From the NCBI RefSeq assembly GCF_000181795.1, contig NW_003526943.1, positions 7,275,566-7,339,565 of the forward strand: a stretch of DNA of 64,000 bases, read 5' to 3'. A program made the translations under genes and the position numbers. Numbering within the stretch: position 1 is the first letter of the stretch; each line of letters begins with the position of its first letter. Shown here piece by piece: positions 14,498 through 28,652 of the stretch. The notes under the pieces were generated by a model. The model made no database searches. It was not told the DNA's origin and saw nothing but the letters and a program-made list of their open reading frames with translations. This stretch comes from Trichinella spiralis. Lineage: Eukaryota.

Positions 14498-15650
14498 TTA
14501 CTCACACATTTTCAATTCTTCCAGGTGAATAAATAAGTAGATGTTAGCAACTACTATACAAACCATAAAAAATGCTGAAGTTATTAATCGTGAATTACTA
14601 AATGGAATAAATTTATATAACTTTGTAATATGATCATCACAGTTTTTAATAAATATTGTTTTCTTCCATGTTTTATCCATCTGTTCATTCCACTGGTATC
14701 TATTGCATTTGCATTGTAAAATTATCAGAGCTGTAAAAATAAAAGTAAATAAATTATGTTACCTGTCACCAAGAAGTGCCAAATTGCAATTTATAGCGGA
14801 TTCATTTATACAACAGCTGTGTGGAACGTAGGGAACGTGATACAAGTCATTGTACTGAATTTCCATCTGCTGCATTTGACCCCAGTTGGTGGATTCAAGC
14901 CAAAACAAAGTTGTGTAATATGATTGGTAAATTATTTGAGATTTGTTCAAGCTTTTCCTTAGGCCACAACACTTGTTTGATTGTTGAATGTAATCTACTA
15001 CATGATCAAATAGACTAAAAATCCTTTTTATTCCATACTGGTTTTCTAGAAAAGCCTTAAAAGTTTACAAATTGTAAAACAGAAGTAATAGTTCTTAATA
15101 AAGTATCAAACGATTTAATTACTGTGTATACAATTTTATATGTTGTTTCCATCAACGAATTTTTATTCACAGCTTCTATGGTCAACGTTACAATTAGCCA
15201 TAGCATAACAATTAGTGTTAAAAAACCACACATCTTCATTTTCGTTTCATTCATATTCCATGCACCGTTAAATCCGTAGCCAGCAATGAAAGACGTTGTA
15301 CCACTAACCACCAATAAGAAATAATATCCGCTTAGATCATAAAAAAGAAAAATATAAATACTAAATTTTCACTTATAAATAATAATCAATACTGAGTGAA
15401 AATGAGGTATGCCAAGTCCATAAAATTCCCAACTGCTCATTGTTCTCTGGATGAAGAGTTCAGAATCTTTTGACATGTGAAGAAAACCAACTGTAAAAAT
15501 AGCAACGCTAATTGAAAATAGCATCATGAAGAAGACGGTCAGTACTATTCTGATAAGCATCAAATGAGATGGTTTCTCAAGCTTTTCACTATCATCTTCT
15601 TCTACACAGCAGAACGTATCTTCTGCCTCTTCGATGAACACAGTGACCAT
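14498..15650 (-). CDS. Divergent tetraspanin-family protein, about 4 exons
   Basis: Hydrophobic TM segments in exons 1-2 and near the C-terminus. The extracellular-loop exon reads DYIQQSNKCCG...VPHSCC...NC, and the last exon has IFIKNC. CCG and PxSCC are tetraspanin signatures. Confidence 0.8.
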
Positions 15651-16485
15651 TCTATTAAATAATGAATAGTTGGAATTTGACAAATGCTTTATTTTTATAC
15701 TTGAAACACTTTAAACAAAAAAAATTTTTTAATTTATTTACACTTTAATAATCGTTTCAGTTGAGCTTATTTAATTTCAATTTTAATGATAATGCACACT
15801 TTAAAATATCTGCTTCTACAGTATTATGATTGTGTTTACACAAAGATATCTGCAAAGATTGCCATCGCTTTTATTGAAAATGTAATGCTATAAAGCTGTT
15901 GCATATTAATGCAAATTGTAACGAGGTTAAATTTTTTAATTAAATTGGACCACTGAAAACGCCCATTGTCAGCATATTGCGTCTATAGCTGATAATGCAT
16001 TCCAGCGTAAAAGTGGTGCCTTTACACTAAAATAATGTAATCAACATTCGAACGAGATGTATAATATTGTGAATATTGAATTAAAATTAATGGACTGAGA
16101 TTTTGTATAAAAATTCGATTTGAAATGCTTGAAAAGGAAAAATTTGTCAAAAAACAGTCGTGATTAAGTAAGAGCGTCGAAGGATTGAAAAAAGTTTTCA
16201 GTTGTCAACTTTTTATTCAGTATGCAATAAGCCACACACAAACTGACAGCTGGCTTTCTCAATTTGCACAGAAATTTAGCTTCCCTATTGGCTATTACCA
16301 CCGTTACTTTCGTATATGGTAATTTAACCACACACTTTGCTGTTACAATGAAATAATTTTTTTTATTTGAACATACAGTACCGTTGCACATGAAATAAAA
16401 TTGCGTGTGAATGAAGCAAATGATTAAAGATAAAAACATTTTCCGAAAGTAATTTCTATCGTTTGAAATTTCTCTTTTTTTCAAT

Positions 16486-19400
16486 TTATAATATCTCAAA
16501 CACTTTTTTCAACTCGACCATCAATTGCCAATCGGCTTTCTGTAAATCTTCTCGAAAATACTGCTTGCAAACGTCAATCGTTTCACGGCTAATCTGAAAA
16601 TAAGAAGTCAACAAAAATATAAATAGTATATTTTAATTAAAATTGAGAAAAAAAATCATTCCGTACCCTGCTGACAAGCATGTCTTGTTCGGTGAAATGA
16701 CGACCGAACATTTTCGGTGCTTCGCCTGTTGTATTTTCAATTTTAATGCAAACTTCAGCATTTTTTCTCACCGACTGCAACTGCTTGTGATTCTGTTCAA
16801 TACTTGACACGTTGCCGAGATAAATGAACTGCAATGAATGAGAAATAAATTTTCGCTTCTTCAAACGAAGCAAATACACAAGAAAAGACGACACACCTCT
16901 TTCGAAGGCACACACAATGGTACGCCGACTTTCAAAATGCCCGCTTCAACCACCACACCGCAAATAATCGGGTCCCGCGTTTTATACATATGCTGAGGTA
17001 GCACTCGCAGTTTGCAAGGGAATATTGCCAAATGCTCAAATTCTTGTCTTTTCTTCTGTTTCAATTCTTCTCTGAACAGATAAGAAAAATTACAATTAAA
17101 ATATTTTTAAACGAACCGCCTCCTAATACATGGAATATTATTCATAAATTTTACAACTTTGCGAGAAAAATCTCTCATCATACCTGTATTTCAAGAACGC
17201 ATCTTGCAAATGATAAATGATGTCGGCTTGGAAAATTTTCACTTCCAATTCGTCGGCCATTTGCTGTGCATCGCGGTCAACTTTCACATCAAACGCCAGA
17301 ATCACTGCCCACCTAATGAACAGAAGACAAACAATAATATGTGCATGTATATAGAGATATCTTCGCCTCTATTACTGGGGATCGTGTTCAAGCATTGTCG
17401 AGACTTTGACCACATCACGTTTATGAACCGGACCAATGTTAACGCCAAAATACTAATCCAATAAAAAAAACAAATAAATACATCAAAATCAAATTTTAAA
17501 TTTTGTTGTAAAATTGAAATTAAAAAAAATATATATACATACTGGAATTTTTTGCGCCCGCAAAAATTCCAACAACGCTTCCAAGGAACCTAACGTCGAC
17601 GCTTGCACGTAAACGCCCCGTTCAGACAATTTCACCGCTTGCAATATTTTCTTCAATGAATTCGACAATTCTTCCTGGAAAAATTCAAAAAAAAATAAAT
17701 AAATAAACCTTAAATATCCATCAATGTACTTTCAATTCTTCAATTTCACTCTCCTTCTTTGCCAAAAGTAATGGCAAACCGGCCAACGCTTTTTCCAAAT
17801 CTTTGGCCACAATTTTCACCCCCTGCGCTGCTTTCACCACTTTGTTGTGCAAATAGTTGTTCTGAAATTTAATTTTTTTCAATCAACATTTATGCTTGAT
17901 GAAAATAAAAAATTTCAATTCACTTTGACTCGCAGTTCACGCAGAGGATGCGGCATGAGCAGTTCGCGAATTTGCGTAACAATCGGACCCTCGGATCCGG
18001 CGACCACAATTGTATTGCCAACTCTCAAATAGCCGTTCACCAAAATCACGTCGATTGTGGTTCCCAAACCAGCGATCACCTTCACTTCAAGCACGGTGCA
18101 CTGAAGGGTCGGCTGAAACAGCAGACGATCCATCAACTTGGATTGGCAATAGCCGATGATCGCCTGCATCAAATTGCCCATGCCGTCACCAGTATGAGCC
18201 GACGTCGGTACCAGGGATATGTACTCTTCTTGGTCTGGATTTTCCCAGAAAAGAGCCACATTCAAACCCTTAAAAATACAAAAAAAAAGCATAATCACAC
18301 CAACAGCAGTGTTTGAAATACAAACGGTGATAAAGAAAAGAAAAATATATATCAACCTGTTGGGCAAATTGAAGTACAGTTTCACGGACGCGTTCATTGA
18401 ATTCAATTTGAGCATTTCGTTGCTGAGCTTTCAACGCCGCACGAATGTCCTTATTCGGACACGCTTTCCAATCGTAAAGACGATCAACCTACGATGATAT
18501 GCATTTCATTTAAGCAAATGTAATAGAAAACTTTACAAAGATTAAATTAAAAAATTTACTTTATTCAAGGCAACCACGCATGGAGTTTTGCGTTGTTTCA
18601 ACAAATTAATTGATTCAATTGTTTGCATTTCCAAGCCATGCATAATATCTACCACCAGTACAGCAATATCGCACAGTGATGAACCACGAGAACGTAGATT
18701 GCTGTGATAAAAAAAATTTTAAAGAAAATTTTCATTTGCTGTACTGATTGATAAATTGATTTCTTACCTGAAGGACTCGTGCCCTGGTGTATCGATAATC
18801 AGCAGGCCGGGTAGTTGTAAACTTTCTCCATCAAACTATGGGGAAAATAGTATTATCGACGATATTATTTCATGAGACAATGTAAATCGCGCTCACCCCT
18901 TTGACCATCTTCGTTTGTTCAACAAGAGCTTCGCGAGGTACAAAAGTGGCACCAATTTGCTGTGTAATTCCACCTGCCTCAGAATCTTGAACATGAGTAT
19001 GACGGATCTATATTTGCATATTGTCAATTTTCTAAAAAATCTAATCAGAGAAGAGAAGTCTTTTTTACTTTATCCAAAATTTTCGTTTTGCCTGTATCTA
19101 CGTGTCCAAGCACACAGATCACTGGAGAGCGGTAACCTTGTTCCATTTCCATATCAATAGACAGACTCTACAATTTAGCCAACAATGAAATAATACTTAC
19201 AATGAGACTCCATAAAATAAAGCAATTTTTATAAAAAAAATTACATCCGAACGTTGTGATTCAGATATTTGTCGTTGATGGCTGACAACAACTGCTGATT
19301 CTGCAGACTTTTCACGTTCCAACACCGCTTGCTGTTGATCCTATAACAAATAATAAATACAATAATTCAACAACAACAACAAAAAATAAAATTTTCACCG

Positions 19401-21688
19401 AAACTGCAGACGTTTCACTTTCAGTAGATGGATCTTTGGAAAATTCGGACATTTTAACCTCGTCATTAGACGACAAGCGAGCTCTTTCAGAATCCAACAG
19501 ATCCCACGATTCGATAACATCATCTTTTTCTGATACTTCCCTACTGCGGGCCTAAAATTAAACAAAATGCCATTTTTGCATAATTTTCACCACTGCAAAA
19601 CATCATCACCTTCTGTTGGGGAAAATCTTCTTTGGGCTGAGAAACTTCCGTTATAGCTAAAAATATACATATATAATTTTTATAACAGATAATGAACAAA
19701 AGCTTAAACAAAAAGCAAAATAATAATTAAAAAAGAAAATGAAATTCACTTGGCTTTTCCTTTTTGACTCTTTTCCTATCGGCGTATACGGGTCTTTTCA
19801 TAGTTGTTTTAACGCCATCGGTTTGCACATCCTGCTTCATTTCGGGTACATTAACACCTGTTGAATATATTTCCAGCATATAACTACATGCAAGCACGGA
19901 GAAAAAACGAAATATCCATTACCTTGCTGTTTGAGCATTTCTATTCGTTCACGTTGACGTTGAAGCTTTTGCTTCTGCTCAGCGGTCATATACTTTCCTT
20001 CTTTTTTCAATTTTTCAATTTTCTCTTTCTTTTCTCTCTTTTTCCGCTCTTTCTTCTCTCGCTCCAGGCGTTCCTAGAACAGCACAAAAGCAACAATTAT
20101 CAAGTAATTAATAACTAAATAACTACCAATAATTTACAACAACACCGAAAAGCATAATTAATATTCAAATACTTTTTCCTCACGCTGCCTTTCCAATTCA
20201 GCAATTCTCTTCTCTTCTTCAAGTTCCAATTGTCGTAATCTCTCTTCTTCTTCTTGTCTTTTTTTCAAAGCTTGTTTGATCAAATCTGCCTAAATTTACA
20301 CCTATACAAGGTTAAATATGAAACAAACCTATTTATTTATTCATTACAGGAGTTCTTTTCTTCTTCTCTTTATTTTCTTTTTCATCTTTCCCTTTCTTCT
20401 TCTTTTTTACATTTTTTGTTTCACCTCAAAAGCAAAGAAATGGAACATAACCAATCAAAACACTTACTTCAATAATTCAATCATACTTTCCGCGACAGTT
20501 GACACAGCATCGTCTAATTTAATTTCCGTTGGCTAAAAAATAAACAATACTTTGTATATTTTGAAATCAATTTTTAAAAACAATTAAAAAAACAAAGTTT
20601 TAAATTCATCAACAACTGCAAATGAATATACTCCTGAAAATCACTACAGTATAGCTGAACAAAGCAACTTTGTTATTGCCAGACTGTAAAATGCAGTATT
20701 AATAGAATACACTAACCGATATGATAAAATTTATAAAAATTCAAATAAAATAAAATAAAATAAAATATAACAAAACTACTAATGTTCAATTTATAAAACA
20801 AAAATTACGCTGGGTTGAACATTTGCTTCTTGATTCACTTTCGGCAGATCTTTGTTTTCATCAATAAGCTGTGAAGGAGCAGTAGCAGCAGCAGCAGTGG
20901 TTTTCACTTCTGCTTTGTTGTCCACAGTCTCTTTACTTTCACTAAGTTTCTGCTTACGCTTTGCTTTAGCTTTAGCTCTCTTTCCTACAGCACCGACTGC
21001 CTTATCCACATCTGCCTGGCCAACATTTGCACCGGTAGCAACAGGTTCAACTTTCGTTTCTTCTTGTTTATTAGCAGTTGGAACACTTCCTCCTTTCTCT
21101 TCTTGTTCCAATTCAGCTAACAACAAGTCTATATCTTCGTCAACTTGCGCTTTCTTTAGCTTTTTCTTTTGCTTCTTTCCGGCAGGCTTTTTACTCGATA
21201 TGGCGTCATTTTCAATATAAGCCACCAAATCATCCAAATTATCTTCTTTTTCGACTTTTTTCTGCTTTTGTTTATTTTTTTTCTTTGCAGCTTTTTGTCC
21301 TTTTTTTCTACCAACCTCGGCAGCTTCTTTCACACTGCCACTATCTTCCGAATCTGGTGCATCGTCAGCATCGTCGTTCAAATCTAAAAGTGTATAGGCG
21401 GCCGGTCGTGACGCTACAAAATTAATCTCGTCTTCGCCATCGCTTTCGCTGTAGTTATTTTCACTCGCTACTTTTTGTCTGAAGAGAAAAATAATACGTT
21501 GACAATTGGATATAAATCACAAACCAATATGGTCATTATTGCACATCAAAAAAAAATTTTATTTTTAAATTTATGCCACACGTTTGTGATGAAAAATAAA
21601 CAATTATAAGAAAAAAATATCTAAACATGCAACAAACATACTTGACTGTCTTGGTAGAAGCTTTTCCCACGACCTTCTTTGAAGCCAT
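16486..21688 (-). CDS. EIF5B: Eukaryotic translation initiation factor 5B, multi-exon
   Basis: Lys/Glu-rich N-terminus. GTPase motifs [42 protein letters not shown] and [14 protein letters not shown]. Also [22 protein letters not shown] and C-terminus [35 protein letters not shown]. Confidence 0.97.
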
Positions 21689-23086
21689 GATTCGATCCTT
21701 GTTACCCAGTGGTAAAATTGAACGGTCATTAACTTGGCGCAAAAATTTAAAATACAGATAACATAAAACTGTTTAGCTGATCAGAAAAAACGTTAACAGC
21801 AATCACTTGGACAAACAAATATATCGGTTGCGACAAAATTGACAGCACTAGCAACGGATAGTAAGCAAAATTCAAGTACAAATAAATGCTTGTTTTTTAT
21901 AGGTTAATTCAAAAATTTCTTAGTAAAATTGTATTTTTAATAATTTTAAATACACAATGATTTTAAAATAATGAAAAATGTTTCACTGACGAGACAATTA
22001 TTTTATAAATACTTCGAGATCAAAACGAGTTAGATTAGTCGTTGATTATTAGAGCTTTGTAATATTGCGTTTTTAATTGTTCAGCTACTGATATTTAAAA
22101 ATTCTTCACTTATTTTCTTCTTACTATTGTTATTTCTACAATAATTACATTGTTCAGCAATTCGTGTTTTCTAACATCAAAATATTAGTTATTGACTAAA
22201 ACAGAATCAACTAGAACTTTTATAATAGATCATGATGGAATATAATAATATAATTTTGGAGGTTGTGGAAAATTTATTTTATTAAGCAAATATGAATGGT
22301 TGAAGTGGAAAATTTTCACCGACAAAACGCTGGCAATTATTTGTACGTGAGAATCATTAACGACCTTGACCGAACTGTCTTCTGACTGTTGCTATGGTGC
22401 AGCCAGCCGGTCGGGACATTCAACGGATACTGTCCCATTGGATCGGAAATTGCCGTTTTATTTGTTGAACTGTCGATTTTTCTCCAATTCCAATAATTTG
22501 GTTACCATATTGTTTATTTTACTATTGTACAGAAGTACTGTATTTACAGTTATTGTTGTTATTGGTTTTTTAAAGTGAGCAGTTATGTTGTTTTTTTGTT
22601 GATTGATCCTCTTCACGTCGGTTACATATATTTGATCAGTGTTGCATTGAACGCTGTAAATTTGTGCGCCTGGTTTTTGTCAAAGCGGCTAATGTTTGTT
22701 TTTTGAATACATCAGCGATTGAAATCTTCGCGCGCGAGCAAATAATCCAGTGGTTGCGCTGCGCCATTGCTATCAGCGTTTCTCTTCATTTGATCTTTTA
22801 TTTTAAATTTCTCACTTGAATTTTTTTTATTTACCACCTATCTGTATGATGCTTGTTCTCCACTATTTTTGAATGTTGCTTTTTTATTAAATTATTATAA
22901 TTATTGGTGCTTTTCAGTTGCGAGTTGGAAACAAGAGCGACGACAACGACGACTTTTCACACACCCTGGACGCACGCCGTTGTCGGCTGCTTAGTTTTAT
23001 TCGCATATTGCTTTTGAATTTCGCACTTCAAAAGCTCGGCTTTGCAAAGTAGCGTGTGGGCATTTTCTTTCTTTCTTCTTACAGCG

Positions 23087-26000
23087 ATGTTCAGCTTGTC
23101 GAAGCTGAAACGTTTTGGTAAAGCTGACAGATTTTCCCAGCTAGATCCGAAATCATGCGAAACGGACAAAATCATCTACGCCAGCGACACGCTTGACAAA
23201 AAGCACCTACTCGTATGCAAAGTGATGCTTCTCGACGGTACCGATTTGACGTTGGGTTTGCCGGTGAGATTATTTTTATTATTATTTATTTATTTATTTT
23301 TGGTTATTATATTTCTTTTACATGGAGAATTGTTTTGTAAACAAAGTATTGTGTTGACACAGTCGTTGTCACGGCCCTGCTCCAAGTGAATAAACAAACC
23401 CTAAAAATAAACGTTTACTTTTTTTCCTTTTCGAAAAAAAGGCTTTAGTATATTTTTCACATGGAGGGGTATTTATTGTATATTAAAAGAAGACAAAAGA
23501 AGCAAAACAGTAGCAACCATCATTTTTCAGAATTGTGAATTATTATATTTATTTTGATAATATTGAAAATTTTCCCTAAAATTGTCCCAACGACAGTGGA
23601 GAAGTGGACAAACTAGACCTGACACCTGTCCGTCCGCCATTGTCACTTGGTCATTTGATCAATACGGCGGGTCAGAGCTGGTGGTGTTTGGCTTTTTGCC
23701 AATAAAAATGGCTTTAAATTTATACATATATATATATATGTGTGAATAATGTTGCTATAGAGTTGGGTGTAGGCGTGTAAAATTTGGAACAATTTCAAAG
23801 CAATCGAGAGTTGAAGATGAATAAAAATTGTAAAATGAAGTGCCCAAAATTGTAATTTTTGCTTTTGATCTTGATTGAACTTGATTAAATGAACATCAAT
23901 TGGAAAACTGTTGAAATTGTAACGATCAATTTCCACTACATCTTGGGATTGGGAAGAAGAAAATCGATAAAATGGAGAAATTTCTTTTTTTTTTATTTGA
24001 ACATCATCGATGGCAATAAATTTTGTCTACGATGGGAAAATGAACAATAAAATGTGAAACGAGCATATATTGCTTGCTTGCATGGTTGTGAAAAAGATAT
24101 AAGCGCGTTTTTTTTAATTTGGCATGAGAATCATTTTAGCAATTAATTGATTGCTTGCTTGGTGTAATTTATTTTTTATTTACCGTTTGGCAACATTTTG
24201 AAAATGTTGCTTTGCGCATGTTGAACGGCGCAATGCGAAAAACGTTTCCGTCATTTGATAAAGAAAGATGCGCACTGCTTGCTTGCTTGCTTGCTGCCCT
24301 CGGGCAAGGCAGGCACGGATGTTTGAAAAATTGAAAGCATTCATTATACATATTTGCTGATGTACTTTTTTTATTGAAATTTCACATTTGTCTTTGTTTG
24401 AAGAATCAGAATAGTGAATAGTATAGTATATGCATTGTTGAAAAGAAATATATATGTAGTTCAACAAGTTTTTTTTATTAATTGAAAAGGGTGACCTGTG
24501 TTCTGTTGTAGTATTGAATGTTATATAAATTTACATGTATATTTTTGAAAAAAGCAGAAATAATTAACAAAAATGGTTCAGGGGTTGAAAATTTTTATTT
24601 ACGCCAATGCAAATTGGCCGACAATATTTTTTGTGAAACTTTGTTTGTTTGTTTGTTTGTTTGTTCAGTAGCAGAGGTTGGGGAATTTCAGGTACTGAGG
24701 TACTCTTTTTCAGAACGATGCTTATTATTCACTCGGTAACTCTTTTGTCACTGAACGAAGGACGTGCATGGCAATTGTCAAACAAAATTATGCATCACCT
24801 TCTGATGGGATGAAATGAAATTGGCAACGATTCAATTCTTTTTATTATTCTTTTTTCTAAGCGTAAAATTAACTATTGTATTCACACACAGCGAAGTTGA
24901 CCAGTTTTCTCGTTGTTGATTTTGAAACTGTCAAATTTTGATCTAGTTGAATTTAATTGAATCATTTTTTTCATGTCTGATAATGTAATATTTGATTAAT
25001 TTTAGAAGAAAGCTTTGGGAAGAGAATTGTATGAGCAAATATTTTTCAATCTCGACATTGAAGAGCGTGACTATTTCGGTTTGCAATTTATGGATCATTT
25101 CCACGTTCAGGTGAGTTTTTATGGCAAGCATTTCAGCTTGTGATTCATTATTATTTAAGCAAAATGTAATTTTGAAAAAAAAACAAATAAATGAAACTTC
25201 ATCTAATCAAGTGTAAGAATAGTTAAATATTTGTTTAATAGCACTTTTAGCATTATTTGAAATGTTCTTTTCACTTAAGAATGACAACTTTTAAACAATT
25301 GATAGCATTTTTTTTAAAAAATTCTTTTTTTTAATATAAACATTAGTACAATAGAATATATATTTGGATTTAAAGTTAATTATTTTCAGCACTGGCTTGA
25401 CCCATTGAAGAAAATTAAGAAACAAGTGTCAAGTAAGTTTGCAATGTTACATTTATAAATTTTTTTTGTTGTATATTTTCTACTTTTTTAAAAATTACAA
25501 TATATGATTAATAAATGTTTAGAAGATTTTAAACTTGTGAAATATATTCTTTTTTTTAACTTTTTTTTTGCTTCAGTCGGTCCACCGTATACGTTTCGTT
25601 TTCGAGTGAAATTTTATTCTTCAGAGCCGAACAACCTGCACGAAGAAATAACTCGGTACTGAATGAAATTTTAATATTTAAAAATACATTTTTTTCAATA
25701 AATTATAAAATAATTTTATTTTTTCGTAGATATTTATTTTTTCTTCAACTGAAACAAGACATCATGTCTGGACGATTAGATTGCCCGTATGATACAATGG
25801 TCGAATTAGCTGCTTTCACTTTGCAATGTAATAATTTTCATTCAGAAAATATAAATACAACAACTGTGTTGGATTATTTTTTGAAATTTCAGCTGAGCTT
25901 GGCGATTATTCTCCTGAAGAGCACACGCCCGCATTGATATCTGAATTTCGTTTTTGTCCCAATCAAACTGAGCAAATGGAAATTGATATTTTGGAAAAAT

Positions 26001-28214
26001 ACGCCACACTGCGGTATTATTGCTTTTGCATATATTATATTTCATTTTGATTGTTTCTTCATTGCAAAATTGTTGCATATACAGTGGGCAGACACCAGCG
26101 CAGGCAGAACTGAATTATTTGAACAAAGCGAAATGGCTAGATATGTACGGTGTCGATTTGCATGTTGTTATGGTGATTTGTATTATTCTTTTTATTTGTT
26201 TTTTATTAATTTTATCATTTATCTGTTAATAATTTTTTTATTTTTTGCAGGGAAAAGACAACAACGAGTATACACTGGGATTGACACCAACCGGTATTCT
26301 TGTTTTTGAAGGAAAGCAAAAAATTGGACTCTTTTTTTGGTATGCTACTTATTGTTTTTCAATATTTTTTATTATTCAAATTTTATGCTTTAGGCCCAAA
26401 GTGGTTAGATTAGATTTTAAGAAGAAAAAGCTGACGCTCAGTGTGGTAGAAGATGATGAAAACGTGCGTTAAATTTTATTCTTACATATTAATATTTTTT
26501 GAAAAAAAATATACACATATATTACATACGATCTGTTGTTATTTTTCAGGGTCAAGAACAAGAGCACACGTTTGTTTTTCATTTGAATTCCAACAAAGCG
26601 TGCAAGCATTTGTGGAAATGTGCCGTGGAACATCACACGTTTTTCCGACTTCGGTCCGCCCCAAGCCGACCAGCCGGAAGACAAGGATTTCTGCGTCTTG
26701 GATCCCGATTTCGTTATACGTACGTGCTATCTTATTTATTCTTCAACTGTATTCCGCGTTCTATATATGTTTGTATTTAATTTGTTAATTAATTAATTAT
26801 TGTATGTTTGAAATTTAAATAACAATTGAAAATTATATGTGCAGGGGAAAGACTGAATGGGGTGTGACCAAAGAAGCGAAATTGGCCAAAAGGCACGCCC
26901 GATTCGAAAGGCGACCATCGCAACGTTACGGTCCTAGGCAGTCTCATTTGTTGCGCGAAGAGCATAGGCGTCAAAAATCACAAATCAGCAACGATCAGCA
27001 TGCTGATAACAAGTAGTTTATTGTTTATTAATATTTTTTCAAGTGAAATTTTATGCTCTTCCATAGAAACGACGAAAGTAAAACTATTCAAGCTGTTGTG
27101 ATTGAAGACTGCACCAAACCGCTCGTATGTGGTGTTAATAATGGCGAAGTAAGTGACATTTATTGAATTTCTCGTTTTTAAAAAAATTGCTTTTTTGTTG
27201 CTAATGCTTTTTTTCAATATGCATTTTCTTTTCAGCTTCAGGTGAACTTTACGAAGCAGAATGAAACTTTCACTCATTCGTCGAGTAGGTGTTCATTTCT
27301 TTTTTCTCTTCTACTGATATTTTTCTCACTTGAATTGGCATTTTGATAATTTTTAAATAATTTTTTTTTGCTGGTTATTATTGAAGCGGTTGGAGGAAAT
27401 TGGAGAGAAATTCCACTCTGCGCTCCAGCAGCAGCACCCACAACTGGCGACTGCAGTAGAACTGCCGACGTTCATCTCGTCAATCGAATCATGAACATTT
27501 CGGTTAAAGCAAACGACGATGGTACTGTATTTTTTTCTTTTTAATTTTATTTATTAAAAAAATTTTTTTTTATTTTTTATTTCAGTCAATGATCAAATTA
27601 TTCAAGATGAACAGTCGAACGTGACTACAGTTTGCCTGAACGGTCGCAGTTCGCCCAGCGCCGCCGCTGAACCGTTGCAATCTGATACTCAAGTACAAAT
27701 TTGTTCTTTTCAAATTTTCACAAGCTGCTTCAATTTCAATTTTTGCTTTTATTCAGTCGGATTTGACTGTCGACGGAAGCGGTTCACAAACCGATAAGCA
27801 GCCGCTTGTCAAAGATCACGATCTGGTCAGGCGTTCGCAGCGAATTTCACGTTTACCAGTGAGAACCGACACTACGTGCAAATCGAAAACTGATTCTTGC
27901 AATTCTAACGGTTTGGATCAGATGGTATTGCAATTTTTTTCTACTTTTTCATTTGCATATATTTCTGTTTATTTTAATTTATTAATTTCAAATTAGGACA
28001 AATCAACGGTGGTCTCAAAGAGTAGCAGCAAGATTCCAATTTTGAATTGTTCAGGAAGGTAAACGTGAAAGTTTGAAAAACTTCGCTGATATTTTTTTAT
28101 TTATTTACATTTTCATTGGGTAGCTCGGAAGTTTCGCCTGCGTCGAAAACAACAAGTCATTCTCAAATACCAAGGCGGATCTCTAGCCGAAGTACGGTGA
28201 TCACGCAACTTTAA
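23087..28214 (+). CDS. EPB41L5: FERM-FA protein, Yurt/Mosaic-eyes/EPB41L5 type, multi-exon
   Basis: [94 protein letters not shown] domain [12 protein letters not shown]...FERRPSQRY. Ends with a PDZ-ligand-like ITQL* (TAA 28212-28214). Confidence 0.9.
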
Positions 28215-28652
28215 ACATCCCACTACCCCACCACCACCCCACTCATGGGTTTTTTTCTTCTTTATCAAACATTCTTTCTATTTTTATTTTTAAGCAGTGT
28301 GGTCGTTCTGTTGTTTGTAAGAAGTATGCAATTTGTTTTATGCATTCTTCTGCTACGTTATGGAAGTTGATTGATTGTAGGCGCGAAATTTTTCTTCTTC
28401 TTCCTTACTTTTTCTCTGTTTTTATCAATTGTTCAGCACTGCAAAAAAAAAACTAAACACAGCAGGGAAAATAACAGCAGTGTCTATGCAAATACAAATT
28501 TGCCTTACACTGACGAAACTTTACTTAATCGTTGTAATAAATAAAATTTCTCATACCCACACAAATACAGTAGGATGTTTGTCATGCAGACATTTTTAAA
28601 TGGCAGTCTTCGCCGATAATATGCAACCAAAATGACAAAACATTTTTATTAG

